Shown one piece after another: positions 8,869 to 18,341 of a stretch of 50,133 nucleotides of DNA. Made by a program: the position numbers and the translations under genes. The notes under the pieces are model-generated. The model searched no databases. It was given only the letters and a program-made list of their open reading frames with translations, and was not told where the DNA came from. This DNA comes from an archaeon (GTDB lineage Archaea; Micrarchaeota; Micrarchaeia; Anstonellales; Anstonellaceae): positions 1 through 50,133 of the forward strand of contig JAGVIA010000016.1 of NCBI GenBank assembly GCA_020056305.1. Reading direction: 5' to 3'. Positions within the stretch are counted from its first letter, which is position 1. Each line of letters starts with the position of its first letter.

Positions 8869-11800
8869 CTAGTTTTGGCTGTCTTCGGCTCTCAGAATTT
8901 TCCTCAGCCCTTCCTGCTGCGTTTTTTTCCTCCCAAGAAAAAGAAGTGCAAGGCCTCCTGCTATCGCGGCAAGCGATACGATTACAATCAGGGTTCCCTC
9001 AATGCCCCCTTCCCTTTTTCCATCAAGCGCAGCAGTGGCAGACGCAACCACCTTGCGCGATGCCGCAGTGCAGCCAGGATAATCCCCCTGATTGCATTTT
9101 TTTTCTGCGCTCTTCCACAGTGTGCCAACGGCGCCATCTGAATCCAACCCCCTGCCATCAACCTCATTGAATGCGGCCTGCGCAACGCGCAGGGAGGACA
9201 ATGAGGCTTCCTTGAGCCTTGCAGGATAGCTTCCAAGCACATCCCGCCAAATTGCAACCTGTGCGGACATGCCATCCAATTGCGATACATCCTCTGCGCT
9301 TTTGCTTCCTTTTTTGGCTATTTTGCCAATCATCGCCTCGATTTCTTGCAGCCCCTTTTCAATCTCCGAGGGCAGAGGCGAAAAAATTCCCCCGGCGCCA
9401 GTTGCCTTCAGTTGCGAGTAATCGCTTGCATATTGCTCAAGCCCGCGCCGCGCGTTGTATATGGCATCTTTTAGCCCAAGCATTTTTTTGTCAAAGCTCT
9501 CTGCAATCTCCTCCTCTGCCTTAATCTTTTCCTCCGCCTCCATTCCAATTGCTTCTTGGCTGCTGCGAAGTTCGGTTATCGCAGCGGCAAAATCGCCTTC
9601 AGAGGCGTATCTTACTGCGTCCTGCGGCATGCGTGGCGCACTCCTCGATAATGCACGGAGTGCAGTGCGCATCGCATCTGCAAATTCAGCCTCTATCTTT
9701 TGCACCTGCGTTGCATAATCCAAGAACCTGCCATCCCCAGCCTTTTCTCCGACTGCATCCAACTTCTCCTGTGCGCTGCCAATTGCCAAAAGCGCCTTTT
9801 GCACATCCTTCGAATCAAACGTAAGGCTTTCCAAGCCAGCTGCTTTCGTAGCATTTATTCTTTTTTCAAGCCGTGCCACCGCCTCCTCATATGCGGGCTT
9901 TCCTTCCTGCTGCCTTTTTGCCGAAAGCAAAACAGAAACAGCCTTCTCTCCCTCCCCTGCTGCAAGATATTTTTCAGCGTTTGCAATGTCTTCCTGCGCA
10001 ATGCCCGCCTTATCCGCGCTGCCTTTTGCCTCTGCAAGAAGCGCGTTTGCGTATCCGCTTGAATTATCGAGCCGATACGTCACCCTCACTGTCCTGCCGT
10101 CTCCCGGTCCAACCCCTGCGAAATGAAGTGAATAGTCAAGAACGTTGCCTGCAACTGCGGCAATGCTTGCTTTCATCTCGCCAGGCGCGCATTCAAGGCA
10201 CGCAGCTGAAAACCCATCAACCCGGGCGTTTTTGGGCATGATGTCAGAAATGTGCAGGTCAACGGAATCAAACCGTTCCTTTGCCCCAGAAAGCGCCAAA
10301 TCGTACGAAACATCTGCCTTGTTACCGTTTTGCACAATTTCCAGGCTCGTCTTTCTCACACCGATTGGGGATGCAATGTCATATTGGAGCACAAGCGAGC
10401 TCCTGCCTTTTTTCACATTCTCCAGCGCAATGGCTGCCTCAAGGTTTCCGCCTGCTGCAAAAAGCCCTGCGGGTACCTCTGCCCCATCAAGAAATGCCAA
10501 AGGATTTGATGCGCTATCAGCAACCTCTTCTTTCACAAGCAACCGCTCAATGTCTCCGCCCGCTTCAAATTCGACTGTCCTCTCCACCTTGCCGGCATAT
10601 TGGGTTCCCTGCAATGTTGTTTTGCGCCGCAGCACCGATGCCGTGCGCCTCTCCTCTAGAAATTCTATCTCATACCCTTTGTCTGCAACAACCTGCCGCA
10701 TTGACACTTCCCAATTTGCGCCGCCCTTTTCTTTCACGCTTGCGATGTCGGCATCCTGCCATGAAGGCACGGCAGAGGCAGGTATGCCATTTGCCTGGAA
10801 TTTCAATGCATCATCGCCCCTATTCGTCGCAGCAGCGACGAATGGACCACTCGTTCTGGGGAACGAGTCGGTTCCGCGCATAGATGAAAATCGCAGCACA
10901 TGCGTTATTTTTTGAAGCTCCCCAAGCACCGCGGGTTCCTCAAAGACGGCAATTGCATAATTCTCCAGCTCAGAGACTGCCCTGTTTTGCGAAAGTTTTT
11001 CAGCCTCTGTAGAAATAGACTCAAGGGCAGCCTTGATTTTCCTATAATTGCCGGCAGCCTTTCTAATGGCAAAGCCGGCACTCCCATAATATTCTCCAAT
11101 GCCACGCTCAACTAGTTCTGCTGTCTGCGCATCATTTGTGTGAAGCAATCCACCATATTTTGTCTCAAGCCCAAAAAATTGTTCCACCTCTAAAAGCACA
11201 ATCTCCCCAACCATTGCATCCACCGCATATTCCGCAGCAGCCCCCACATCCGCGCCTTCGCTTTTTTCCAAAAGCGAATTATATTGCGAAAAAACAGCCT
11301 CGTACTCATCAACATCCAGTCCGTCGGCTCTTGCCTTGAGAAGTGCAGTGCGCAGAATCGTTGCTTTTGCAATTGCCGCCTCCTTTGTCTGCCCCGTCTG
11401 CAGGATTTGGAGCGCGCTGACGGCCAGTGTGTGCGCTTTTTCATATTTCAGATACCGGTTTCCAACAATTGCCTCCCCATCCCCTGCGGCAATTCCTGCA
11501 CTTGCCTGTGCAAGCATATTCTCAGCAGTGCCAAGCATGGAAATTTTCCCAAGATCGTCTTCCTTGGCGCCAGAGCGCAGCATCCTAAGCCGCAGCTCTG
11601 CCATGCCAATTGCATCTGCTGCGGCATCCCTTGCGGCATCAGTTGCCTCCCCTGCTTCCTGCAACGCGAGTGTTGCATCCTCTCCAGCAGCATCTGCCCT
11701 CTGCCCTGCAAGCGCATGGTAGTAAATCGAGTCAGACAGGTAATTTCCAACCGTTTTTTTCTTTGAAAGCGCAATCGCTCCCTTCTGCAGCCTCTTTGCC

Positions 11801-12912
11801 TCTGCCACCTCCGCCCCAAGTGCGCGAGCGCGCTGCGAAAACGGTTTTGCGCTCCTGCCTGCCACAAGCTCCCCCGCACCCTCAACAAGCCCGCTGCTAA
11901 CAAGCGCGATTCTTTCATCCGTTAGGCGAGCAACCGCCGCGCTTGCATCGCCAATGCTCTCCTCGGCAGAACTCTCTGCAGCCGCCCTCTCTTCTTCCAT
12001 TCGCGCCAGTGCATCCGCAAGATGTGCGTGCAGTGTTGAGAGCCCGAACAGTGCGCTTTCCTCGCCAGCGTATGCGCCATTTGCAATATCTGGAATTTCC
12101 GCCTCGCCAAAATTTGGCGCCCTTGGCTGCGCCGCAACGTAAAAGTAAAGCCAATCAGTCGAATTTTTCACAGAGGCAAGACTGCCCTGATAGCCAAAGT
12201 TTGCATCCATGCGCCCAAGCTGTGCAGCAAAGTTTCGATATTCCAAATACGCCGTGCGCGCCTCCCCCGCATACCTGCCGTCCCCGGCGCCAGCAAATGC
12301 AAGCGCGTCATACGCTTTCTCTGTCGTTTCCAGGGCAGAATTAATCCCCCTCCCGACCTCTTCGCAGCCAGCTGCGGTTTCCCGCACCGCATCCCTCCAC
12401 GCGGAAGGGTATGCTGCCAGGTACGCATACACTGCAAAAGTGCGCCGTGTTATGATTGAAGTTGCAAACTGGCCATCTGTTAGAAGCGTCCCTGCATCAG
12501 TCGCCCACGATAGCAATGATGTGGCATCTAGCCCGCTTTTGGACTGAAAATCCGGCATCGCATCGTGCAGCAGCTGTTTTGCAAAGGTGTAATTTGCCCT
12601 TGCGGCTGCAAAATGCCGCTGCGATGCCTTCATGTGCGCAATGGCGCTGGCAAACCCCTTCTCCTGCCCGCTGGCAACTGCTATTTTTGCCTCCGGCTCC
12701 ATCTTTTGCAGCCCTATCGAATCAATGCTGCCAGAGAGCGCCGGCGCGTAAAACCAGAACGGGCCCGCTCCAATCACGTAAGGATTCCCTATTTCCCAAT
12801 CCTGTGCCGGAAATGCCGGATATGCGTAGTGCAATGAATAATTTGCAATGCAGAATGCCGGCAGGGGAAGTAGGGCAAGAAAAAGCAGGCACGCCGCCAT
12901 GGAACGGCTCAT
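8869..12912 (-). CDS. Very large Ala-rich, predicted alpha-helical cell-surface protein (signal peptide plus C-terminal TM anchor)
   Basis: The start is taken at MSRSMAACLLFLALLPLPAFC, a signal-peptide-like segment. About 1347 aa follow that are rich in A/E/K/L/G. The C-terminus is IVIVSLAAIAGGLALLFLGRKK plus a charged tail. I recognise no family. Confidence 0.7.
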   Translation of the reverse strand: MSRSMAACLLFLALLPLPAFCIANYSLHYAYPAFPAQDWEIGNPYVIGAGPFWFYAPALSGSIDSIGLQKMEPEAKIAVASGQEKGFASAIAHMKASQRHFAAARANYTFAKQLLHDAMPDFQSKSGLDATSLLSWATDAGTLLTDGQFATSIITRRTFAVYAYLAAYPSAWRDAVRETAAGCEEVGRGINSALETTEKAYDALAFAGAGDGRYAGEARTAYLEYRNFAAQLGRMDANFGYQGSLASVKNSTDWLYFYVAAQPRAPNFGEAEIPDIANGAYAGEESALFGLSTLHAHLADALARMEEERAAAESSAEESIGDASAAVARLTDERIALVSSGLVEGAGELVAGRSAKPFSQRARALGAEVAEAKRLQKGAIALSKKKTVGNYLSDSIYYHALAGQRADAAGEDATLALQEAGEATDAARDAAADAIGMAELRLRMLRSGAKEDDLGKISMLGTAENMLAQASAGIAAGDGEAIVGNRYLKYEKAHTLAVSALQILQTGQTKEAAIAKATILRTALLKARADGLDVDEYEAVFSQYNSLLEKSEGADVGAAAEYAVDAMVGEIVLLEVEQFFGLETKYGGLLHTNDAQTAELVERGIGEYYGSAGFAIRKAAGNYRKIKAALESISTEAEKLSQNRAVSELENYAIAVFEEPAVLGELQKITHVLRFSSMRGTDSFPRTSGPFVAAATNRGDDALKFQANGIPASAVPSWQDADIASVKEKGGANWEVSMRQVVADKGYEIEFLEERRTASVLRRKTTLQGTQYAGKVERTVEFEAGGDIERLLVKEEVADSASNPLAFLDGAEVPAGLFAAGGNLEAAIALENVKKGRSSLVLQYDIASPIGVRKTSLEIVQNGNKADVSYDLALSGAKERFDSVDLHISDIMPKNARVDGFSAACLECAPGEMKASIAAVAGNVLDYSLHFAGVGPGDGRTVRVTYRLDNSSGYANALLAEAKGSADKAGIAQEDIANAEKYLAAGEGEKAVSVLLSAKRQQEGKPAYEEAVARLEKRINATKAAGLESLTFDSKDVQKALLAIGSAQEKLDAVGEKAGDGRFLDYATQVQKIEAEFADAMRTALRALSRSAPRMPQDAVRYASEGDFAAAITELRSSQEAIGMEAEEKIKAEEEIAESFDKKMLGLKDAIYNARRGLEQYASDYSQLKATGAGGIFSPLPSEIEKGLQEIEAMIGKIAKKGSKSAEDVSQLDGMSAQVAIWRDVLGSYPARLKEASLSSLRVAQAAFNEVDGRGLDSDGAVGTLWKSAEKKCNQGDYPGCTAASRKVVASATAALDGKREGGIEGTLIVIVSLAAIAGGLALLFLGRKKTQQEGLRKILRAEDSQN

Positions 12913-13006
12913 AACTTGGCTTGGCATGCTTGCCGATATAAAACTTCTCATGCCCTGCCCAACCCCCCCAATTCGCATTAAATTCCTGCTTGCCAATTCT
13001 TTCCTC

Positions 13007-13405
13007 ATGGATGTCGTTGTCGCGCCGGACGTGCAGGAAATGCTCGAAGACATAGTGCGCACCCTCTCCTATTACGGCTACATAAACGAGCACCGCATCT
13101 TCTGCATGCGCTCAAGGGGCAACAAGGCAAACGCGTATGCGCGCATCTGGAATTTGCCTGACATCTGGCAGAAGGCCCTCGAAGTGGGCGCATTCTACAT
13201 AATCGAGGTGCTCTCCGAGCATTTCGACAAGCTCCCGGAAAAGGAAAAGAAAAAAGTGATAATACACGAGCTTCTGCACATCCCAAAAACGTTTTCCGGC
13301 GCGCTTCGCCCCCACCTGCACGCAGGCGGGCAGATAAACGAGCGAACAGTATCGAAAATCTACGAAATGTACCTTGAGGCAAAAAAGAAGATGGCGCAGG
13401 ATTGA
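13007..13405 (+). CDS. Predicted small zinc metallopeptidase (HExxH; COG4900-like)
   Basis: The internal Met gives about 132 aa with IIHELLHIP (HExxH) and a downstream H...H. The longer track ORF overlaps the divergent large gene. Confidence 0.6.
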   Translation: MDVVVAPDVQEMLEDIVRTLSYYGYINEHRIFCMRSRGNKANAYARIWNLPDIWQKALEVGAFYIIEVLSEHFDKLPEKEKKKVIIHELLHIPKTFSGALRPHLHAGGQINERTVSKIYEMYLEAKKKMAQD

Positions 13406-13459
13406 TGCTCCCTGGCTGGCGTTTATAAACATTTTCTGCATTATTAGGGAGCGACCAGT

Positions 13460-13996
13460 ATGCCACAAGAGTTCCTGCGGAACATGCGCAACGGCGAACC
13501 GTTGCACAATTCTCGAGCTTTGCTCGAGAAGGACCTTGCAGAACAAAAGCTCAGCAAGCAACGCACGCGCCGCCTCAGCCACCTAAAGCTTCTAGAGGCA
13601 GAGCCCCAGCAGATGCCTTCCATTGAGCGTGTCTTGCTTGAGGAGCAGATACAGCTTGGTGTCTATCCCAATTTTGAATACACTAAAATGCAAGCAGCCA
13701 AATTCACGTTTCTTGACCGCATAAGAATAAGCCTCCGGCGCCTGATGCTCCTCCTTTCCGAAATCCTTGGAAGCCGCAGGAAGCTTTCCAAGCGCGCCCA
13801 GCAAGCCCTGCTGCAGCTAAATTATCTTGCGAATCTTTTGCAAACTTCCGTGTCGCTCTCAGAGGATGAGGCAATCGAACTCCAAGCCGCGTTCGGGCGG
13901 GCGTATTACAACATCCTCTATCCCGCTGCAAAGCCAAAGGATGAAAAAGAGTTTTACGAAAGCCAGTTTTCCTCGCTTCTTGCGGCAATGGTTTGA
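13460..13996 (+). CDS. Hypothetical protein (start uncertain)
   Basis: 178-aa ORF with no recognisable motif. The first roughly 25 codons are made of two palindromic hairpin elements (13488-13530). The true start may therefore be the Met at 13613. Confidence 0.4.
   Translation: MPQEFLRNMRNGEPLHNSRALLEKDLAEQKLSKQRTRRLSHLKLLEAEPQQMPSIERVLLEEQIQLGVYPNFEYTKMQAAKFTFLDRIRISLRRLMLLLSEILGSRRKLSKRAQQALLQLNYLANLLQTSVSLSEDEAIELQAAFGRAYYNILYPAAKPKDEKEFYESQFSSLLAAMV
13488..13530. repeat. Two hairpins of the same family inside the 5' end of the 13460 ORF
   Basis: The first is gcaacgg-cgaa-ccgttgc (13488-13505). The second is ttctcgagc-ttt-gctcgagaa (13510-13530), which is the reverse-orientation relative of tcgagc-gaa-gctcga. 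Confidence 0.75.
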
Positions 13997-14104
13997 AGAA
14001 AAGGAAGCGGCATAGCTGCAAACATGCCCAGTATTTTATTTGCGCAGAAAGCCGCGTGCAAAGCCGCAATTGCCCCAATGCCCTTTATCTCCGCGTTGAT
14101 TTTC

Positions 14105-14545
14105 ATGAATCGGCTCTCCCATCTGATCGCAGGCGCAATGGTTTTCCTCCCGCTTTCCGCTTACGTTCCTCCCGGGGAATTTCTTCCATGCGCGGCATTC
14201 TGCCTGCTCGGCTCCATTTTTCCAGACATCGACCACCGCGAGAGCAAAATAAGCGCGATAGTGCGCAAAATCGCAATCGCATTCCTTTTCCTTGCTGCAC
14301 TTGCTATCTATTTTGAAAAGCCAATACTGCAATTGGGCATCCAGGCACTTGCAATAGGAATATTTGCAGTTATCGCAACGTTTGCCAAGCCCCGTCACCG
14401 GGGCATAACGCACTCCCTCATTGCGGCATTTGCATTCTCCGCACTCGCGTATTTCGCATCCGGAATGCTAGAAACAGTGGCTGTTGCAGCGGCAGCAGGC
14501 TATCTTTCACACCTGCTGCTGGACTTTGAGCTGAAAATAGCGTGA
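14105..14545 (+). CDS. DUF457/YdjM-like membrane-bound metal-dependent hydrolase
   Basis: Family features are an N-terminal SHLIAG, then FPDIDH, RHRGITHS and SHLLLD. The protein is hydrophobic throughout. The start is taken at the internal ATG 14105. Confidence 0.7.
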   Translation: MNRLSHLIAGAMVFLPLSAYVPPGEFLPCAAFCLLGSIFPDIDHRESKISAIVRKIAIAFLFLAALAIYFEKPILQLGIQALAIGIFAVIATFAKPRHRGITHSLIAAFAFSALAYFASGMLETVAVAAAAGYLSHLLLDFELKIA

Positions 14546-14596
14546 TGCAACTGGCAAATGTATTGATTTGCCCATCCGATTGCGTGTTCCTTCCCT

Positions 14597-15112
14597 TTAC
14601 TGCTGTTTTTCCTGCTTCTGCGCATCTTGCGGCTCCCAGACAAAAAGGCTTTTCATGTCCGCGGAAAAAACAGCCGCGCCATCCGCATCCTTGTCTTCAA
14701 AATGCGCATCAACCACCTCGCCTGTCACAAGCGTGTGGTCGCCGCCCACATTTGCCATGCCTGCGCATTTGCACTCAAAATTTGCAATCGCGCCCTTCAC
14801 CAAAAGCGCCCCCACCGCCCTTGCCCGCTCCCCCTCAAGCCCGCTCTCAGCGAACTTGTCCAGGAATTTACCCGACGTGGAGCCGCATATCGCAACCGCA
14901 TTTTTCATTTGCGGGCTAGGCACGGAAAGCACGAATTCCTTTGTCCTGCCTATAAAATCAAGCGACATGGAGTTGCGGTTTAGTGCGATGCAAAGAAGCG
15001 GCGGATTTATGGATAGCGGCATTGCCCAGTCAACCGCTGTGAGGTTTGCCTTGCCATTGTGCATAGTGGAGAGGAGGAATGTCGGCCGGGGGTAAAAGAG
15101 CTTGTGGAACAA
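14597..15112 (-). CDS. Flavin reductase-like FMN-binding domain protein
   Basis: The sequence YPRPTFLLSTMHNGKANLTAVDWAMPLS...FVLSVPS...FECK...GDHTLVTGEVV is typical of the family. The start is uncertain. TTG 15112 avoids a 110-nt overlap with the upstream gene; the track start is 15232. Confidence 0.75.
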   Translation of the reverse strand: MFHKLFYPRPTFLLSTMHNGKANLTAVDWAMPLSINPPLLCIALNRNSMSLDFIGRTKEFVLSVPSPQMKNAVAICGSTSGKFLDKFAESGLEGERARAVGALLVKGAIANFECKCAGMANVGGDHTLVTGEVVDAHFEDKDADGAAVFSADMKSLFVWEPQDAQKQEKQQ

Positions 15113-15122
15113 TTTTGCGCAC

Positions 15123-15884
15123 CTATCTTGCCTTTTTCCAAAATATGCAAAGCGCAGAAATTGCAAGCGGCGCTGCAAAGAACGGCAAGAGCACGATGTC
15201 CAATATCGGTATTGCCGCGCACACGATTGCAATGAGCCCTACTGCCACGCCGATGACCAGGTAATCCAAAAAGTTCCGTGCAACCCTCCTAATCGACACT
15301 ACAAGTGCAGGTATTGCGCCTGCCTTGTCAAGCACTGCGATAAACACTGCTGGAGAGAGGAAGAACGATATGAGCGCTGCAATGCCAAGCCCAAGCGCAA
15401 GTACCGCTGCAAAAATTGGCAGGCTGCCAAATCTTGTGGCAATGAAAACAAACGGAGCAAGCACGATTGCGCTTATCGCCGCCTGGATGAATTTTATGAA
15501 AAACGCAGTCCCTCCGTTTCGGAACCCGTACTCAACAATTCCCAATATTGTGGGTATCCTGCCCTGGATTATGCTGTTGCACGCGTTGATGTATGCCATC
15601 GTGGATGCCGATGCCGTGAACATGAAAACCGCGCCGATTGCAACGAGTGCAAGGAAAAAGCCTGCCAAAAACGGCAAGCCCGCGCCCTGCAGGGCATTTG
15701 GCGAGCCGTTTGCAAAGCTTATGCCAAAAGCGCCGACGAAGATTATCGCAAGGACAAAAAGCGAAACTGAAAGCCCGACAGAGACCGCAAGCGAAATTAG
15801 GTAAACCACGCTTGCGATGATGTATGCCGCGACGTTTTTCTTGTAGGTTGAGAAGGCCTCTGATATTGAGTCAATTGCTGCCAT
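15123..15884 (-). CDS. Polytopic membrane protein, unknown family
   Basis: About 253 aa from the internal Met (MAAIDSISEAF...), with 6 or more hydrophobic segments. Confidence 0.55.
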   Translation of the reverse strand: MAAIDSISEAFSTYKKNVAAYIIASVVYLISLAVSVGLSVSLFVLAIIFVGAFGISFANGSPNALQGAGLPFLAGFFLALVAIGAVFMFTASASTMAYINACNSIIQGRIPTILGIVEYGFRNGGTAFFIKFIQAAISAIVLAPFVFIATRFGSLPIFAAVLALGLGIAALISFFLSPAVFIAVLDKAGAIPALVVSIRRVARNFLDYLVIGVAVGLIAIVCAAIPILDIVLLPFFAAPLAISALCIFWKKAR

Positions 15885-15932
15885 GTGTGCAATAAGGGTC
15901 GAATTCTTAAAAAAGGATTGTATAAACCCCAT

Positions 15933-16826
15933 ATGGCAGAAGATTTCATTTACAACTATTTCATCGAACCGATTGTTTCCCGCACCGGCTACAACGCCGT
16001 GAATACCCTTGCCTACGCCGCAATCGCCCTAATCTGCCTTTATTTCATCTATCGCTGGTTTTCACGCTCGAAAATCCCAATCGATTCAAAATTCGCCCTT
16101 GCCACTCTCCCATTCGTGCTTTTAGGCTCCACAATGCGCGTTGTCACAGACAGCATTGACACGGGCGTCATGCAGACATACGTGCTGGCAAACCCAGCCT
16201 CGCCAGCCTCCTCCCTTTACCGCGTAATCCTCTCTTCTCACATCTACGACTATGGCTTCCTTTCAGCCTCGCCTGGCATCTACGTCGTTGTCGCAGCGAT
16301 CTTTCTTTCCTCCCTTTTCCTGCTTCATCGCCTCAACAAACTATCCCTGCTTGCGCCCTTCGGAATGCTACTCTGGCTCTTCCATTTTGCAATTCTGCTC
16401 CCGATGGCAGCGCACTGGCAGTATGCGGCAATTGCATCAGGCATCGCAGCAGTCGCCTCTTTCATCGCAATCAGGGCGTTGCAGCATTTTGTGCAAAAAA
16501 ATGAGTTCCACATGCTCCCCTCGCTTGCAATATTCGCCCACGCATTCGATGGCGCTGCCACTTACACTGCAATCAACCTGTTCTCCTCGCAATCCGGCAA
16601 CGGGTATTTTGAGCAGCACGTCCTCTCCTCTGCAATCGGCACTTCCACTCCGCTGGGATTTTTCGCATTCTTCCTCCTCAAGCTCTCGTTTGCAACGCTT
16701 GCGTCCTATCTCATCATAAAAGACAAGGCGCCCGCCCGCGAGAAAGCATTCGTCTTCCTCGTAATCATAATACTCGGGCTTGCGCCAGGCCTGCGTGACG
16801 TGCTACGGATGCTGCTTGGCGCATAA
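15933..16826 (+). CDS. DUF63-family archaeal membrane protein
   Basis: The N-terminus MAEDFIYNYFIEPIVSRTGYNAVNTLAYAAIA matches the DUF63 N-terminal pattern. It is a multi-pass membrane protein with conserved H/D residues (FAHAFDGAATY). Confidence 0.75.
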   Translation: MAEDFIYNYFIEPIVSRTGYNAVNTLAYAAIALICLYFIYRWFSRSKIPIDSKFALATLPFVLLGSTMRVVTDSIDTGVMQTYVLANPASPASSLYRVILSSHIYDYGFLSASPGIYVVVAAIFLSSLFLLHRLNKLSLLAPFGMLLWLFHFAILLPMAAHWQYAAIASGIAAVASFIAIRALQHFVQKNEFHMLPSLAIFAHAFDGAATYTAINLFSSQSGNGYFEQHVLSSAIGTSTPLGFFAFFLLKLSFATLASYLIIKDKAPAREKAFVFLVIIILGLAPGLRDVLRMLLGA

Positions 16827-16901
16827 AAAACAGGAAGGCGAACGCCAATTAAGTGCCATCAAAAAAAGAAAGAAACTGCCCAAAAATCAGGCAGAGCCGC
16901 G

Positions 16902-18239
16902 CTACTGCCTGCCCGGGCTTTCCGTTTTTTTAGCATCCCAGTCCCCGCGCCAAACCTTCAGAACAAAACTCTTCGGCTGTGGCGCGCATCCCGCGGGCCT
17001 CAAGAACAAATAATTTTTTTCAGCTATGATATCATAATCGGGGCTTTTTCCCATGCCCGCCCGCTTGCCGTAAATCACAATGCTCGCGCCGTTTTTTAGA
17101 AAATGCCCGAAGTCGCCTTCTCTTGGAAGGGGTTCGGCAACTATCCCTTTGGCATAAAAGAGAACCCACTGGTCGCTCATTACCCGACACTCCTTTATTT
17201 TTTCATCGTCTGGGATGGCGTATCCATCCACCCCTCCTTGCGAAATATCATTGCGCGCGCTTATGTGCGCAATTGACATAAGCAATGAAACGGCCAGCAG
17301 GCCGGCCAATAGAAATGCCGAAAAATTCTTTAGTTTGGTTTCACCAATTTTCTTTGCCAGGAACAAAGCCTGAAGCGGCACCAGAATGGCCAAAAACCGC
17401 GTGTCTTTCACTCCCGAAAACAGGAACTGGAGGATTCCTACGAGCCCGATCTGGAAAAACGGATTCTTGAAGTTTTTAGCGCCCGGGCCTGCTGCCACGA
17501 CTGCGGATGCAAAAAAGAAAAGCACCAGCGCCCCGTGCAATGGCGTTAGTGGCGCCGCAATCCCCTTTTGAACGATGTTCAGGTAAAGGAAGTCTTCGAC
17601 ACTGAAAAAAGGATTGCCTGTTTGGGCGGAATTGAAAGCCAGCCAAGGCGCCCAAACCAGCAAAAAAACAGCGAAGAACGGCAGCCACTCTTTCCGTTTT
17701 ATCTGCAGCAATAATACCGGCGCGTACAAAACGAAATTGTATCTTGAAAGTGCCGACAGGGCGAAGAACAGGCCCTTGGCTTTCGTTTGAATCCCAAGCG
17801 CAATCAGCAAAAATGAAAGGGCAAACAGGTCGCTTCCGAAGTTGGCGTTCCAAAGGATAGTCGGAAACAAAAGGGAAAAAGCGGCGAAAACAGCCTGGCT
17901 GATTTTCTGGCCGTTCTCTTTTTCTTTTTTGAAGACAAAAATGAGCGCTGCCAAATAAAGAAAACAGGCGAGAATGACTGCAAGTTGCGGCGCATTTTCC
18001 CCTGCGCCGAAAGCGCAGTGCACTGCCCCGGGCAAGGGCGACCTTAGGAATTCGAAGTAAACATGTTCCCCGCAAAACCACTTGCCTTGCAAGTGAAAAA
18101 CAAACGGGTCCCAACTGAAAGCAAGGGATTGGTAAACCTGGGCTGATAGGAATATTGGAAAGAACAGTAGGAACCACTTGTACTTGGCCGCCGATTCGGT
18201 CAACTGCGCAAAACGCACCATGCTATCCAGCATTAGCAT
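16902..18239 (-). CDS. Polytopic membrane protein, possibly a GT-C-like glycosyltransferase
   Basis: 445 aa with about 10 TM segments followed by a soluble C-terminal domain. The architecture resembles PMT_2/ArnT-type enzymes, but no diagnostic motif was seen. Confidence 0.5.
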   Translation of the reverse strand: MLMLDSMVRFAQLTESAAKYKWFLLFFPIFLSAQVYQSLAFSWDPFVFHLQGKWFCGEHVYFEFLRSPLPGAVHCAFGAGENAPQLAVILACFLYLAALIFVFKKEKENGQKISQAVFAAFSLLFPTILWNANFGSDLFALSFLLIALGIQTKAKGLFFALSALSRYNFVLYAPVLLLQIKRKEWLPFFAVFLLVWAPWLAFNSAQTGNPFFSVEDFLYLNIVQKGIAAPLTPLHGALVLFFFASAVVAAGPGAKNFKNPFFQIGLVGILQFLFSGVKDTRFLAILVPLQALFLAKKIGETKLKNFSAFLLAGLLAVSLLMSIAHISARNDISQGGVDGYAIPDDEKIKECRVMSDQWVLFYAKGIVAEPLPREGDFGHFLKNGASIVIYGKRAGMGKSPDYDIIAEKNYLFLRPAGCAPQPKSFVLKVWRGDWDAKKTESPGRQ

Positions 18240-18341
18240 ATCGAAAAGCGGCTATAAAGCAATACTCTTTGTTTTTTGCAAAATCACGGCCCGCCGCTGC
18301 GATAGGCAACCTATTTTAGAATTGGCTGAAAGACTTTAGCC

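Noticed and set aside
9219-12914. Many plus-strand ORFs of 60-256 aa lie antisense to the 1347-aa Ala-rich gene.
   Set aside because: GC-rich Ala codons (GCN) read as stop-poor antisense frames. The products are Pro/Ser/Arg/Cys-rich junk, and no independent start signals are present.
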